From Gammaproteobacteria bacterium (GTDB lineage Bacteria; Pseudomonadota; Gammaproteobacteria; Nitrosococcales; Methylophagaceae), in contig JAQWIT010000004.1 in NCBI GenBank assembly GCA_029248745.1, forward strand, positions 20,792-84,791: DNA of 64,000 bases, in the 5' to 3' direction. Position numbers and translations under genes: made by a program. Under the pieces are notes generated by a model. It worked only from the letters and a program-made list of their open reading frames with translations. It was not told the origin of the DNA and ran no database searches. This document shows, piece by piece, positions 12,909 through 26,377 of the stretch. Position 1 is the stretch's first letter; each line of letters begins with the position of its first letter.

Positions 12909-13979
12909 ATGGCATTGTTTACGCTACGACAACTCCTCGATTATGCTGCTGAACATCAATTTGCTGTGCCTGCTTTTAATGTCAGTAATATGGAACAGGT
13001 GCATGCGATCATGCAAGCAGCTGATACGACAGATAGTCCGGTTATTATTCAGGCTTCAGTCGGCTCGCGTGCATATGCAGGAGAAGCTTTTTTACGTCAC
13101 CTTATCTTGGCAGCAATAGAAAGTTATCCACATATTCCCGTTGTCATACATCAAGATCATGGAGCGTCACCAGATGTGTGTGTCCAAGCTATTCAATCGG
13201 GTTTCAGCTCGGTCATGATGGATGGTTCTTTGCTATCTGATATGAAAACGCCATCTAGTTTCGACTATAACGCCGGTGTCACAAAAACAGTTAGTGATAT
13301 AGCGCATGCCTGTGGTGTCTCCGTAGAAGGGGAAATCGGCTGCCTAGGTTCATTAGAGACAGGCATGATGGGTGAAGAAGATGGTCATGGTTCTGACGAG
13401 AAATTAGATCATAGCCAGCTCGTGACAGATCCAGACGAGGCTGTGGAGTTTGTGAGACAAACCCAAGTCGATGCCGTGGCGATTGCGATAGGGACCAGTC
13501 ATGGTGCCTATAAATTTACTAAACCACCGACAGCTGAAGTGTTAGCGATTAGCCACCTAAAAATACTGCAACAACGTTTGCCCAATACCCATTTTGTTAT
13601 GCATGGCTCGAGTTCCGTACCTCAAGAATGGCTACAGACCATTAATAATTATGGTGGGGATATTGCGCAAACTTACGGTGTGCCAGTTGATGAAATTGTT
13701 GAAGGCATCAAATACGGTGTCCGCAAAGTGAATATTGATACCGATCTTCGAATGGCGAGTACGGGCTCTATCAGGCAATTTCTAGCACAAGCAGAAAATG
13801 CAGATAATTTAGACCCAAGAAAACTTCTAAAAGCGTCAACGGCAGCGATGCAAGCAATTTGTCAGGCACGTTATGAAGCTTTTGGCAGTGCAGGCCATGC
13901 TAGTCGAATAAAGGCTATTAAGCTGCAAGATATGGCGGAACGTTATACAAACGGTGAATTAGTGACACAAGTCAGTTGA
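12909..13979 (+). CDS. fba: Fructose-bisphosphate aldolase, class II
   Basis: FAVPAFNV N-terminus, HQDHG and HGSSS motifs; 356 aa. It is the last gene of the tkt-gap-pgk-pyk-fba block. Confidence 0.92.
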   Translation: MALFTLRQLLDYAAEHQFAVPAFNVSNMEQVHAIMQAADTTDSPVIIQASVGSRAYAGEAFLRHLILAAIESYPHIPVVIHQDHGASPDVCVQAIQSGFSSVMMDGSLLSDMKTPSSFDYNAGVTKTVSDIAHACGVSVEGEIGCLGSLETGMMGEEDGHGSDEKLDHSQLVTDPDEAVEFVRQTQVDAVAIAIGTSHGAYKFTKPPTAEVLAISHLKILQQRLPNTHFVMHGSSSVPQEWLQTINNYGGDIAQTYGVPVDEIVEGIKYGVRKVNIDTDLRMASTGSIRQFLAQAENADNLDPRKLLKASTAAMQAICQARYEAFGSAGHASRIKAIKLQDMAERYTNGELVTQVS

Positions 13980-14069
13980 CTAGCTAACGATCAACCCTCC
14001 AAGCAATTGGTGATGAGTCTCCGTCATGAATAAGGTAAACTAATGGCTTTCAATAACCGAGATTAAAGT

Positions 14070-14440
14070 GTGCAGCAGTTATTAGCAATTGCAGGCGGCG
14101 GTGCCTTAGGTGCAATCTTTCGTTTCGGTTTATCGAACAGTGTGCATCGTTTACTAGGAAGAGATTTTCCCTATGGCACGCTGGTGGTGAATACAGTGGG
14201 CTCATTGCTTATGGGCTTGTGTTTTGTCCTATTAGTTGAGCGAATGGCGGTGTCAGCAGAGTGGCGCTCAGCAATATTAGTCGGCTTGTTAGGTGCATTT
14301 ACAACCTTCTCTACCTTCTCATTTGAAACATTGGCACTCTTCAATGCAGGTGCGCCAATAAAAGCGCTAGTGAATATTATGATGAGTGTCATGTTATGTC
14401 TCCTTGCGACGTGGCTAGGAATGACTTTGGGTAGACAATT

Positions 14441-14444
<4 letters not shown>
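14070..14444 (+). CDS. crcB: Fluoride ion channel CrcB
   Basis: 124-aa, four-TM protein with the GALGAxxRF and GAFTTFSTF motifs. Confidence 0.9.
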
Positions 14445-16668
<2,224 letters not shown>

Positions 16669-16704
16669 AGAAATAGTGATCGCGAATAAGATCAGGAGAA
16701 CATT

Positions 16705-17922
16705 TTGGACACAGTAGCATTGCAGTCCCGTCGTATCGTTTCAGGTATGAGACCAACTGGACAGCTTCACCTTGGTCATTACCATGGTGTATTGAAAAAC
16801 TGGATTAAATTACAACACGAATTTGATTGCTTCTTTTTCGTGGCAGATTGGCACGCTTTAACAACGCACTATGACGATACAGGGGTGATTGAAGAAAGTG
16901 TCTGGGAGATGGTGATCGATTGGATTGCAGCGGGAATTGAGCCATCTGCGGTGTCATTATTTCTACAATCCAAAGTACCCGAACATGCGGAATTGCACTT
17001 ATTGTTGTCGATGATTACACCACTCTCTTGGTTAGAACGTGTTCCAACCTATAAAGACCAACAAGAAAAGCTGAAAGAGAAAGACCTCTCGAACTATGGT
17101 TTCTTGGGCTACCCTTTATTGCAAAGTGCCGATATTTTGATTTATCGTGCAGGACAAGTACCGGTTGGTGAAGATCAAGTGGTACATGTTGAGCTAACAC
17201 GTGAAGTAGCGAGACGTTTTAATCACATTTATGGTCGAGAAAAAGATTTTGAAGAAAAAGCTGAAGCCGCGATTAAAAAAATGGGTAAGAAAAATGCCAA
17301 ACTCTACAATCAGTTACGTAAAGCCTATCAGGAACAAGGCGATGCCGAGGCACTGGAAACAGCAAGAGCGTTATTAAAAGAGCAACAGAACTTGACGCTA
17401 GGTGACACAGAGCGATTATTCGGCTTTCTGGAAGGGGGGGGAAAAGTGATCTTACCGGAGCCTCAAGCTTTATTAACCCCGGCAGCTAAAATGCCAGGTT
17501 TAGACGGTCAGAAAATGTCTAAGTCTTATGGCAATACAATTGCTTTAAGGGAACCAGAGGCATCATTGGCTGAAAAAATTAAGCGAATGCCAACAGATAC
17601 CAACCGAGTACGTAGAACGGATCCGGGAGATCCTGATCGTTGTCCCGTTTGGCAATTACATGAAATATATGCAACTGAAGATCAAAAAGAATGGGTACAA
17701 ATAGGATGTAGGAGTGCGAGCATTGGCTGTTTGGACTGTAAAGGGCCATTAATTGATGCTGTCTCTGCGGAATTAAAACCGATTCGTGAACGTGCTGAGA
17801 GCATGAGTGAACATCCGGAAGAAGTACGTCGAATTATCGAGGATGGTAATGAAGCTGCACGTGAAGTAGCACGTAATACACTGGAAGAAGTGCGAGCCGC
17901 GATGGGTTTAGGGTATAAATAA
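16705..17922 (+). CDS. trpS: Tryptophanyl-tRNA synthetase (long form with an insertion before KMSKS)
   Basis: HLGHY (HIGH) and KMSKS motifs. TTG start preceded by aggag. About 60 extra residues compared with the ~335-aa enzymes. Confidence 0.92.
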   Translation: MDTVALQSRRIVSGMRPTGQLHLGHYHGVLKNWIKLQHEFDCFFFVADWHALTTHYDDTGVIEESVWEMVIDWIAAGIEPSAVSLFLQSKVPEHAELHLLLSMITPLSWLERVPTYKDQQEKLKEKDLSNYGFLGYPLLQSADILIYRAGQVPVGEDQVVHVELTREVARRFNHIYGREKDFEEKAEAAIKKMGKKNAKLYNQLRKAYQEQGDAEALETARALLKEQQNLTLGDTERLFGFLEGGGKVILPEPQALLTPAAKMPGLDGQKMSKSYGNTIALREPEASLAEKIKRMPTDTNRVRRTDPGDPDRCPVWQLHEIYATEDQKEWVQIGCRSASIGCLDCKGPLIDAVSAELKPIRERAESMSEHPEEVRRIIEDGNEAAREVARNTLEEVRAAMGLGYK

Positions 17923-17962
17923 ACCGATATAAACATAACTAACACGCCGGGAGGCGCTTAAG

Positions 17963-18850
17963 ATGTCAGAAAGAATACAAAAAGTACTTGCAAGAGCAGG
18001 TTACGGTTCACGCCGCCAACTCGAAGCCTTAATTAAAGAAGGCAAAGTGACGGTAAATGGAGAGGTTGCCAAACTCGGTGATCAAGTCGATGTGGGCGAT
18101 AATATGCGCGTTGACGGCAAAGCCGTGTCAGCCAAACGTTTGTGGCAACAGCCACAACAAGTTTTACTCTATAACAAGCCAGTCGGTGAAGTTTGTACAC
18201 GTCGTGATCCAGAAGGCAGGCGAACGATTTTTCAATCATTACCAACCCCAGAGCAAGGTCGTTGGGTCAGTGTCGGCCGTTTAGATATTAATACCAGTGG
18301 TTTAATCATTTTGACTACCGATGGTGAATTAGCCAACCGTTTAATGCACCCATCAAATGAAATGGATAGAGAGTATGCGGTACGCGTATTGGGCGAGGTT
18401 AGTCCTGAAGTGATGCAAACACTGCGAGATGGTGTTGAACTTGAAGATGGTAAAGCCAAGTTTAATGATATACAAGAATCAGGTGGTGAAGGTGCAAACC
18501 ATTGGTACCATGTGGTGATTCAAGAAGGTCGTAATCGTGAAGTACGTCGTTTATGGGAGAGCCAAGGCGTGCAAGTGAGCCGTCTTATGCGTGTACGATA
18601 TGGGCCAATCATTATTCCATCACATTTAAAAATGGGCCGTTGGATGATGTTAGGCGGTAGCGATTTAGCTGCGCTTTATGAAGAGGTTGATTTAGTCCCG
18701 AAAAATGAAGCACCGACGGGCCGCGCAGCACAACGCGATAAAAAGTCACGTCCTGTTAAAGCAAAAATACGCTCAACGAAACCAGCTCGTCAAAAGCAGG
18801 ATGAGACTGAGAGTAAACCAAGGCGTGGCCCACGAATTCGCGGACATTAA
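17963..18850 (+). CDS. rluB: 23S rRNA pseudouridine synthase RluB
   Basis: S4 domain, GRLDINTSGLIILT catalytic motif, and a basic C-terminal tail. Confidence 0.88.
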   Translation: MSERIQKVLARAGYGSRRQLEALIKEGKVTVNGEVAKLGDQVDVGDNMRVDGKAVSAKRLWQQPQQVLLYNKPVGEVCTRRDPEGRRTIFQSLPTPEQGRWVSVGRLDINTSGLIILTTDGELANRLMHPSNEMDREYAVRVLGEVSPEVMQTLRDGVELEDGKAKFNDIQESGGEGANHWYHVVIQEGRNREVRRLWESQGVQVSRLMRVRYGPIIIPSHLKMGRWMMLGGSDLAALYEEVDLVPKNEAPTGRAAQRDKKSRPVKAKIRSTKPARQKQDETESKPRRGPRIRGH

Positions 18851-18930
18851 CTAACCTAACCTAGTTGAACGAAGGGCGTGTTGGAATAAGTATTATTTCA
18901 GGTTTGGGATGATTAGCATCTGTTGACCAT

Positions 18931-19898
18931 TCAGATCTCTGGGGAGAGGTATCTATGGAAGAACAACAGATGCCAGACCGGCACGACGTTATTCCGTCCT
19001 GATTTTTTTGCCTCATAAAGGGCTTTATCAGCACGATCAAAGAAATCAGTGATATGTTCGCCTTGCTCTAATTCAGAAACACCCAAACTGACAGTAAAAC
19101 CGAAGTTACGCGTACCGTCATTGCAGCTTAATTTAGAAGCTGCCACTCTAATTCTTTCAGCGACTAAGTGGACGGTAGCTTTATCGGTATTACTTAAAAT
19201 GAGGGCAAATTCTTCGCCACTGTAACGGAAGGCAATATCACTGCGACGTATAGTGTCGATGATAGAGTCAGCTAATGCACGCAAGACGGCATCACCTGTT
19301 GAATGGCCGTAAGTATCATTCACCGTCTTAAAGGGATCAATATCCAAGACGACAAGAGATACGGGGGTGTGTTGGCGTTGCGCCAAGTCGACTTCACATG
19401 TCAAGCTGGCATCGAAAGCGGCGCGGTTGTTTAAACCAGTAAGCTTATTTTGTAAAGCAGCACGCTGGGCTTGTCGGTACAGTAAACAGTTACGTAATGG
19501 ATAAGCGAGTTTATAGAAAAATCTTCGACTAATTGCGTATCTTTATCACTGAACTTTTTGCCACGAGTCAGGGTTAACTCACCTAACCAGACAGCATTCA
19601 TTTCTAGGCGATAAGTACAGTTGTGATGACTGCGTTTAGCTGTATTAATATCGGATAGCACATCACGATATTGGTAATGGAGGCAATCGTAGGCAATGAT
19701 TTTTTGTAACTCATCTTGAAATAGTCGAATTAAATCATCAAGCTCAAGTGTTGTTTGTAGGACAGTTGGTAACCGGCTTAGAGTAGCCTCTGATTGATTA
19801 ATATCTGCATTAGGTGTTGTGAATGCCACAGCATGGCTATGCTTACCAACGAGCGATAACTGAGCAGTTTCAGTCTGAGATCGAGTTGCCATTACCAA
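18931..19898 (-). pseudogene. GAF-like sensor / GGDEF diguanylate cyclase split by a 1-nt frameshift
   Basis: The upstream ORF (19431-19898) and the GGDEF ORF (18931-19404) are reconnected by adding one base in the A5 run at 19517-19521. This gives ...QLVEDFFYKLAYPLRNCLLYRQAQRAALQNKLTGLNNRAAFDASL.... The active site reads SGEEF and the RxxD I-site reads RRSD. Confidence 0.75.
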
Positions 19899-20011
19899 TA
19901 ATCCATAAAATTCAATACGTTGAACGGATTACAGCGAAAACTGTGCCAGACGGTTATTTACTCTTTAAATCATGGGCTTATGTTTAAGTGTCAGGAAATT
20001 GACGACGTATT

Positions 20012-20692
20012 TTATGATGACTGCATCAATGTCAGATAAGGGCCCGTAACGTCGTCTGGTAAAGGAAAATCGCTGGGGTTAAGCCCAGGGAAAGCATGAT
20101 AGTGTAGTTGGCTTTGGAACTGACCAGGTTCAATACAATATATGTGAACGCGACCCTCATGTTCGAGTTCATCTTGTAGTTGCTTTGCTAAGGTTTCTAT
20201 TCCAGCTTTACTAATGCCATAACCCGCCCAATAGGCAATGTCTTTGTATTCATCGGTGGTAAAGATAATGGTTGAACTTGTTTGTTGCTTCATTAGGGGT
20301 AAGCAAGCGCGAGTGAGTAAAAAAGGCGCGGTTAAATTAATATGTAAAGTCTCAGCCCAAGATTGTGGATCTTGATGTTCAACAGGCCCTAACTGGCCGA
20401 GTGTCGCTGCACAATGAACGAGGCCATCTAAACGGCCAAAATGGGTTTCGAGCGTTGAGGCGAGGTCCGCATAATCGGAGACACTAGCCCCTTTTAAATC
20501 GAGAGGATAGATGGCAGGTTTAACATAATGAGCCGTAATAGTATCGTAAGTGGCTTCAAGGCCTGCTACATCCTTGTCGAGTAAAACGACGGTAGCGTCA
20601 GAAGAAGCGTAAGCTTTCGCGACAGCTGCTCCCAAGCCGTTTGCAGCGCCTGTGACTAAAATGACTTGATCAGAAAAAATGGCTTTAGTCAT
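20012..20692 (-). CDS. Short-chain dehydrogenase/reductase, YciK-like
   Basis: TGAANGLG cofactor motif and YGISK (YxxxK); 226 aa. Confidence 0.8.
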   Translation of the reverse strand: MTKAIFSDQVILVTGAANGLGAAVAKAYASSDATVVLLDKDVAGLEATYDTITAHYVKPAIYPLDLKGASVSDYADLASTLETHFGRLDGLVHCAATLGQLGPVEHQDPQSWAETLHINLTAPFLLTRACLPLMKQQTSSTIIFTTDEYKDIAYWAGYGISKAGIETLAKQLQDELEHEGRVHIYCIEPGQFQSQLHYHAFPGLNPSDFPLPDDVTGPYLTLMQSS

Positions 20693-20888
20693 TCTTATCG
20701 TGCTGAGAGTCAGATAATGACTTGAAAGGCGATCCAGAGTTAAACTTTACCCCAGCAGGACTATCCTCTTGTGTTCGTTGAGACTGAGGGAGACCACCCT
20801 CCCTGATAGTCTCTGGCGTGTTAGCGGACTCACTACCGCAGGCGGCAAGTAATAAGGTGATAAAAAGGGGGTTGAACAAACGCATCAT
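20685..20888 (-). CDS. Small lipoprotein of unknown function
   Basis: Signal peptide with lipobox LLAAC; 67 aa. It overlaps the SDR start by 8 nt. Confidence 0.5.
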   Translation of the reverse strand: MMRLFNPLFITLLLAACGSESANTPETIREGGLPQSQRTQEDSPAGVKFNSGSPFKSLSDSQHDKND

Positions 20889-20893
20889 AGCTT

Positions 20894-22186
20894 TTATAAC
20901 TCAGTGGAAGTTAAGTGAGATAGAAGTAATTGAGCACAATGTTCGCCATTGCGAATGGCCCCTTCTAATGTAGCTGGATAATCATTTTCGATATAGTCTC
21001 CAGTCAACCATAGACCGGGCAGAGAAGTTTTGCATGCAGGCCGTTGGCGATGGTTCTCAACCGTACATTCGAATGTAGCCCGTCTTTCTCGAATAACAAA
21101 GCCTTCTTCAGCTTTCTCAGGGAAGTCTGGTAATAATTGATGTACTTCATTACAGACATGCTCAACCAACGCGTCCTTCGAGAGTTTTTCATGAGGACCA
21201 TCTGAGCTGATGACCACGGCAATAAGGCCAGGATGCTGCTGGCTACGATCGAATAACCAGTGACTCATCATACCGGTTAAGCCTAGCAGGGGATTCGGCA
21301 AACGAGTATGAGAGGGGTACTGTAAATAAACGGTTGTAATAGGCGTTTGGCTCGGCTTTGGAAACCGTAAATGTGCGGTTAGTAGTTGGGCTGTTTGATC
21401 GGGACCTGTAGCCAGAATGATATTCTCACTCTCAATGAAATCACCTCTGGTCGTGATAGCACCACTAATTTGACCTTCTTCTACGACAACTTCAGCGATA
21501 CGGGTTTGTTTGCTAATTTTTCCGCCCTGTTGTTGGATATAATCAGCTGCAGCTTGAGGAAATAACGTGCCGAGTGGAATTTTAGGAATCAACAGATCTG
21601 CTGTAGGCTCATCTCTACCTAAACTATCACTTAAAACAATCGCTAAAACTTGGGCCGATGCCTTATTAACTTGAGTATTCAGTGTTGCCAAACAAAGTGG
21701 TTCCCAAAGTTGTTCAATAAGACGTTTGGGTTGATTAGCGCGTTCTAGCCAAGCTAAAACGGTCACATCATCTTCAGCCAGTAAGCGGGGAATATCTTTT
21801 TGCAGGGTAACGAGACTTTTTAGGCTATTGAGCCCAGCACTTCGAACTAAATTCCAGGCGAGAGACCAGGGCCATGGTAGACGGCTTTGACCGGATAAAT
21901 GAAGCGTCGAATAATGTGGATTGTGTATTGAGATATCAATAGGTAAACGATCAAATGCATCGTCTGGACTAACCCCAACGAGTTGCATCATAGCCAGCAT
22001 ATGATCGTAAGCACCAATCATAATATGTTGGCCGTTATCGACCATTTTCCCTTGCCAAGTGACGTTACGTGCTCGACCACCGACTTGTGTGGCTGATTCA
22101 ACCAAATGAACAGCGTGACCTTGCTTAATAAGTGAGACAGTCGTAGCTAACCCACTCCAACCTCCACCAATAACTAATGTAGTCAT
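20894..22186 (-). CDS. hpnE: Squalene-associated FAD-dependent desaturase (hydroxysqualene dehydroxylase) HpnE-like
   Basis: VIGGGWSGL FAD fold. I prefer ATG 22186 because it forms an ATGA overlap with the hpnD stop. About 430 aa. Confidence 0.78.
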   Translation of the reverse strand: MTTLVIGGGWSGLATTVSLIKQGHAVHLVESATQVGGRARNVTWQGKMVDNGQHIMIGAYDHMLAMMQLVGVSPDDAFDRLPIDISIHNPHYSTLHLSGQSRLPWPWSLAWNLVRSAGLNSLKSLVTLQKDIPRLLAEDDVTVLAWLERANQPKRLIEQLWEPLCLATLNTQVNKASAQVLAIVLSDSLGRDEPTADLLIPKIPLGTLFPQAAADYIQQQGGKISKQTRIAEVVVEEGQISGAITTRGDFIESENIILATGPDQTAQLLTAHLRFPKPSQTPITTVYLQYPSHTRLPNPLLGLTGMMSHWLFDRSQQHPGLIAVVISSDGPHEKLSKDALVEHVCNEVHQLLPDFPEKAEEGFVIRERRATFECTVENHRQRPACKTSLPGLWLTGDYIENDYPATLEGAIRNGEHCAQLLLSHLTSTEL

Positions 22187-23040
22187 GCTGCTTTTACCCG
22201 CCACCGACGTTGTTGACGTGCGGTTGTCCATGCAATCCAGAATTTACGTAATGGTGTTAAAGAAACGCGATATTGCATAACTTGGTAATTATCATCCGCG
22301 ATCTCCTGTAAAGTTGCTTGATAAATCTGCGCCATAATTAAACCGGTCCGCTGCGAGTAGCGATCGCAATCAGGTAATGTTGCCATCGCCTGTTGATAAT
22401 ATTGTTGGGCCCGTTTGGCTTGAAAGGCTAATAACGCCACTAATTCGGTACTACTCTCAAGCGCTAATAAACTATCGAGGTCAACGCCAAATTGCGTCAT
22501 TTCATCTTGCGGCAAATAAACACGGCCGCGTTCTGCATCTTCTCTAACGTCACGAATAATATTAGTGAGTTGTAAAGCCATGCCTAAATTTTCGGCATAG
22601 CGCAAGGTGGCACGTTCCTGATAACCAAATATTTCAGCAGACAATAGACCAACAACACTGGCAACACGCTGACAATATAAGGTGAGTTGAGTGAAATCTG
22701 GGTAGCTAAACTGCGATAGATCCATCGCCATACCATCGAGGATTTCCATAAAATATTCTTGATGTAGGTCATAATGAGAAAGGGCGGTAGTTAGTGCTTT
22801 GCTTATGGGGTGGGTGGCTTGATCGTTGAAGGTACGCTCAATTTCCAGTCGCCACCAATCGAGTTTAGAACGAGCGATATCTTCTTCATGGACTTCATCG
22901 ACGATATCATCGACTTCTCGGCAAAAGGCATATAAAGCGGTGATGGCTTGACGTTGCGGTTCTGTCAGAAATAAAAAGCTGTAATAAAAGCTTGAACCAC
23001 TTTTAGCTGTTTTATTTTGGCAGTACTCATCAGGTGTCAT
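22183..23040 (-). CDS. hpnD: Presqualene diphosphate synthase HpnD-like (squalene/phytoene synthase family)
   Basis: SGSSFYYSFLFL..., the Asp-rich motifs CREVDDIVDE and IIRDVREDAERGRVYLP; 285 aa. Confidence 0.8.
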   Translation of the reverse strand: MTPDEYCQNKTAKSGSSFYYSFLFLTEPQRQAITALYAFCREVDDIVDEVHEEDIARSKLDWWRLEIERTFNDQATHPISKALTTALSHYDLHQEYFMEILDGMAMDLSQFSYPDFTQLTLYCQRVASVVGLLSAEIFGYQERATLRYAENLGMALQLTNIIRDVREDAERGRVYLPQDEMTQFGVDLDSLLALESSTELVALLAFQAKRAQQYYQQAMATLPDCDRYSQRTGLIMAQIYQATLQEIADDNYQVMQYRVSLTPLRKFWIAWTTARQQRRWRVKAA

Positions 23041-23336
23041 CGTTTCAGCCTTTCCACTACCTGGCCGTTAATGAGGTGGCTCTCGATAATTTCATCAATA
23101 TCATCAGTGTTGGCATACTGATACCAAATTCCCTCAGGATAAACAACAAGCATCGGGCCTAAAGCACAGCGGTTTAAGCAGCCAGATTGGTTAACCCGTA
23201 CTTTCTTAAGCTTAAGGTCTTTAACCCTCTGCTTGGCATAGTTTCGGATCGAAACAGCATCATGCTCTTGGCAATGCGCCTTGTCTTCACGAACATTCGT
23301 GCAGAAAAATAAATGATATTGATAAAAGTCTGACAT
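23037..23336 (-). CDS. Thioredoxin-like [2Fe-2S] ferredoxin
   Basis: Four Cys arranged as C12, C22, C53-x3-C57; 99 aa. ATGA overlap with the hpnD start. Confidence 0.72.
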   Translation of the reverse strand: MSDFYQYHLFFCTNVREDKAHCQEHDAVSIRNYAKQRVKDLKLKKVRVNQSGCLNRCALGPMLVVYPEGIWYQYANTDDIDEIIESHLINGQVVERLKR

Positions 23337-23432
23337 GATTTTAGCCTTAACAGGCTTGCCTATTTAAAGTACGACAGGCCTTAAACTACTAAATGATTGA
23401 AGTAGTCACAACAAACACTTTTCATTTTAACG

Positions 23433-24410
23433 TTAATAATGACGCTCAACAGAAAAATCTGCCAAAGAGGATAGTGCCTCCTTATATATAGATTCAGGCA
23501 AGAGCGCCAAATCAGATTTTGCTTGTTCTGCCTCTTTTAAAGCAGCTTGGGAAGTATAGTTAATCGCGCCAGTCTCATTAATGATCGTAATGATGTCATC
23601 GATGCGATCACGTTCGCCGTGTTCAATGGCATGTCTAATGACTTGTCGTTGTGTGTCATTACCATGCTGCATAGCATGAATAAGTGGCAAAGTTGGTTTA
23701 CCTTCAGCCAGATCATCACCAATATTTTTGCCAATGGTGTCACTTGACTCACTATAATCTAATAAGTCATCGACTAATTGGAAAGCACTGCCCAAATGCA
23801 TGGCATACATGGCCATAGCATGCTCAATTTCTGGACTCGAACCACTTATAACAGCACCCAATTGCCCTGCCGCTTCGAATAGTTTGGCTGTTTTATGGTG
23901 GATAACTTCTAGGTAGGCAGCTTCACTGGTATCAGGATCATTACAATTGAGTAGCTGTAAAACTTCGCCTTCTGCAATGATATTAGTGGTATGAGAAAGA
24001 ATGCGCATCAGCGGCATTAAATCCATCTCAACCATCATCTCAAAAGAACGAGTATAGAGAAAGTCGCCGACTAAAACGCTGGCCTCATTACCCCATAGAT
24101 TATTGGCTGTTTCTTTTCCGCGACGTAGTTCAGAACCATCGACCACATCATCGTGCAATAAGGTTGCAGTATGAATAAACTCAATGATCGTTGCGAGGTT
24201 GGCGTGTTGTTGTCCTTGATAGCCGCAAGCCCGTGCACTTAGGATAGCTAAAGCAGGGCGTAAACGCTTGCCGCCACTATTAATAATATAGTGCCCAAGC
24301 TGATTAATTAGGACAACCTCAGATTGCAATCGAGCGTGAATCATTGCATCAACAGCAGCCATATCATCTTCTATCAGGGAATAGATGGATTGAATATCCA
24401 CAGAGCTCAA
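23433..24410 (-). CDS. ispB: Octaprenyl-diphosphate synthase
   Basis: Two Asp-rich motifs (LLHDDVVD, LVDDLLD). Divergent from rplU, as in enterobacteria. Confidence 0.92.
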   Translation of the reverse strand: MSSVDIQSIYSLIEDDMAAVDAMIHARLQSEVVLINQLGHYIINSGGKRLRPALAILSARACGYQGQQHANLATIIEFIHTATLLHDDVVDGSELRRGKETANNLWGNEASVLVGDFLYTRSFEMMVEMDLMPLMRILSHTTNIIAEGEVLQLLNCNDPDTSEAAYLEVIHHKTAKLFEAAGQLGAVISGSSPEIEHAMAMYAMHLGSAFQLVDDLLDYSESSDTIGKNIGDDLAEGKPTLPLIHAMQHGNDTQRQVIRHAIEHGERDRIDDIITIINETGAINYTSQAALKEAEQAKSDLALLPESIYKEALSSLADFSVERHY

Positions 24411-24488
24411 ATCTGCCTATAATAGTAGTCTAGAAATGACGCTACTTTCTCATGCAAGACAACAGATCGCAAATATTTTGATTAAGGT

Positions 24489-24517
24489 TTGATCTATCTC
24501 CTGAAAGGCGCTAAGAT
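24489..24517 (+). promoter_or_regulatory. Candidate sigma70 promoter for rplU-rpmA-obg
   Basis: TTGATC, 17-nt spacer, TAAGAT, about 55 nt upstream of the rplU ATG. Based on pattern match only. Confidence 0.35.
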
Positions 24518-24571
24518 TGTGGGTCTTTTGTTGGGCTAGTCCAACAATAACTTAATTTTTTGGAGACAGCG

Positions 24572-24883
24572 ATGTACGCTATTGTCGCGACGGGCGGTAA
24601 ACAGTACCGAGTTAAAGAGGGCGAAAAGCTCCGTGTAGAGAAGTTATCTGCTGAAGCTGGTGAAACAGTTGAACTGGAGAAAGTCTTAATGGTAGGCGAA
24701 GGCGACGACGTTAAAATCGGCGCTCCTTATTTAGAAGGCGTAAAAGTCACAGCAACTGTAGCTGCTAACGGTCGTGGCGATAAAGTAAAAATCGTCAAAT
24801 TCAATCGTCGTAAGCACTACCGCAAGCAAATGGGACATCGTCAATCATTTACTGAAATCGAAATCACAGGCATCTCAGCCTAA
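24572..24883 (+). CDS. rplU: 50S ribosomal protein L21
   Basis: [15 protein letters not shown]-terminus. ATG 24572 is preferred over the TTG 24560 in the ORF track. Confidence 0.95.
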   Translation: MYAIVATGGKQYRVKEGEKLRVEKLSAEAGETVELEKVLMVGEGDDVKIGAPYLEGVKVTATVAANGRGDKVKIVKFNRRKHYRKQMGHRQSFTEIEITGISA

Positions 24884-24912
24884 GATTACTAGTCACATAG
24901 AAGGGTATAGAG

Positions 24913-26375
<1,463 letters not shown>

Positions 26376-26377
26376 TT

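Noticed and set aside
13980-14069. Possible fluoride riboswitch (crcB motif) in the 90-nt leader of crcB. GGTGATGAGTCTCC...CTAATGGCTTTC superficially resembles GGnGAUGG...CUnAUGAnnCCU.
   Set aside because: The required pairings are not there. GGTG / CTCC has a central mismatch. The loop GAGTC has no complementary ACTC/GACTC downstream for the pseudoknot. The AAACCGC element is absent at the expected place; an AACCGAG occurs only after the 3' element. A covariance-model search (Rfam RF01734) would settle it.
19517-19521. Phase-variable or programmed frameshift switch in the GGDEF gene.
   Set aside because: A five-base homopolymer is short for slipped-strand phase variation, and no slippery heptamer plus downstream structure is evident. 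I treat it as a plain frameshift (or a consensus error) until reads are checked.
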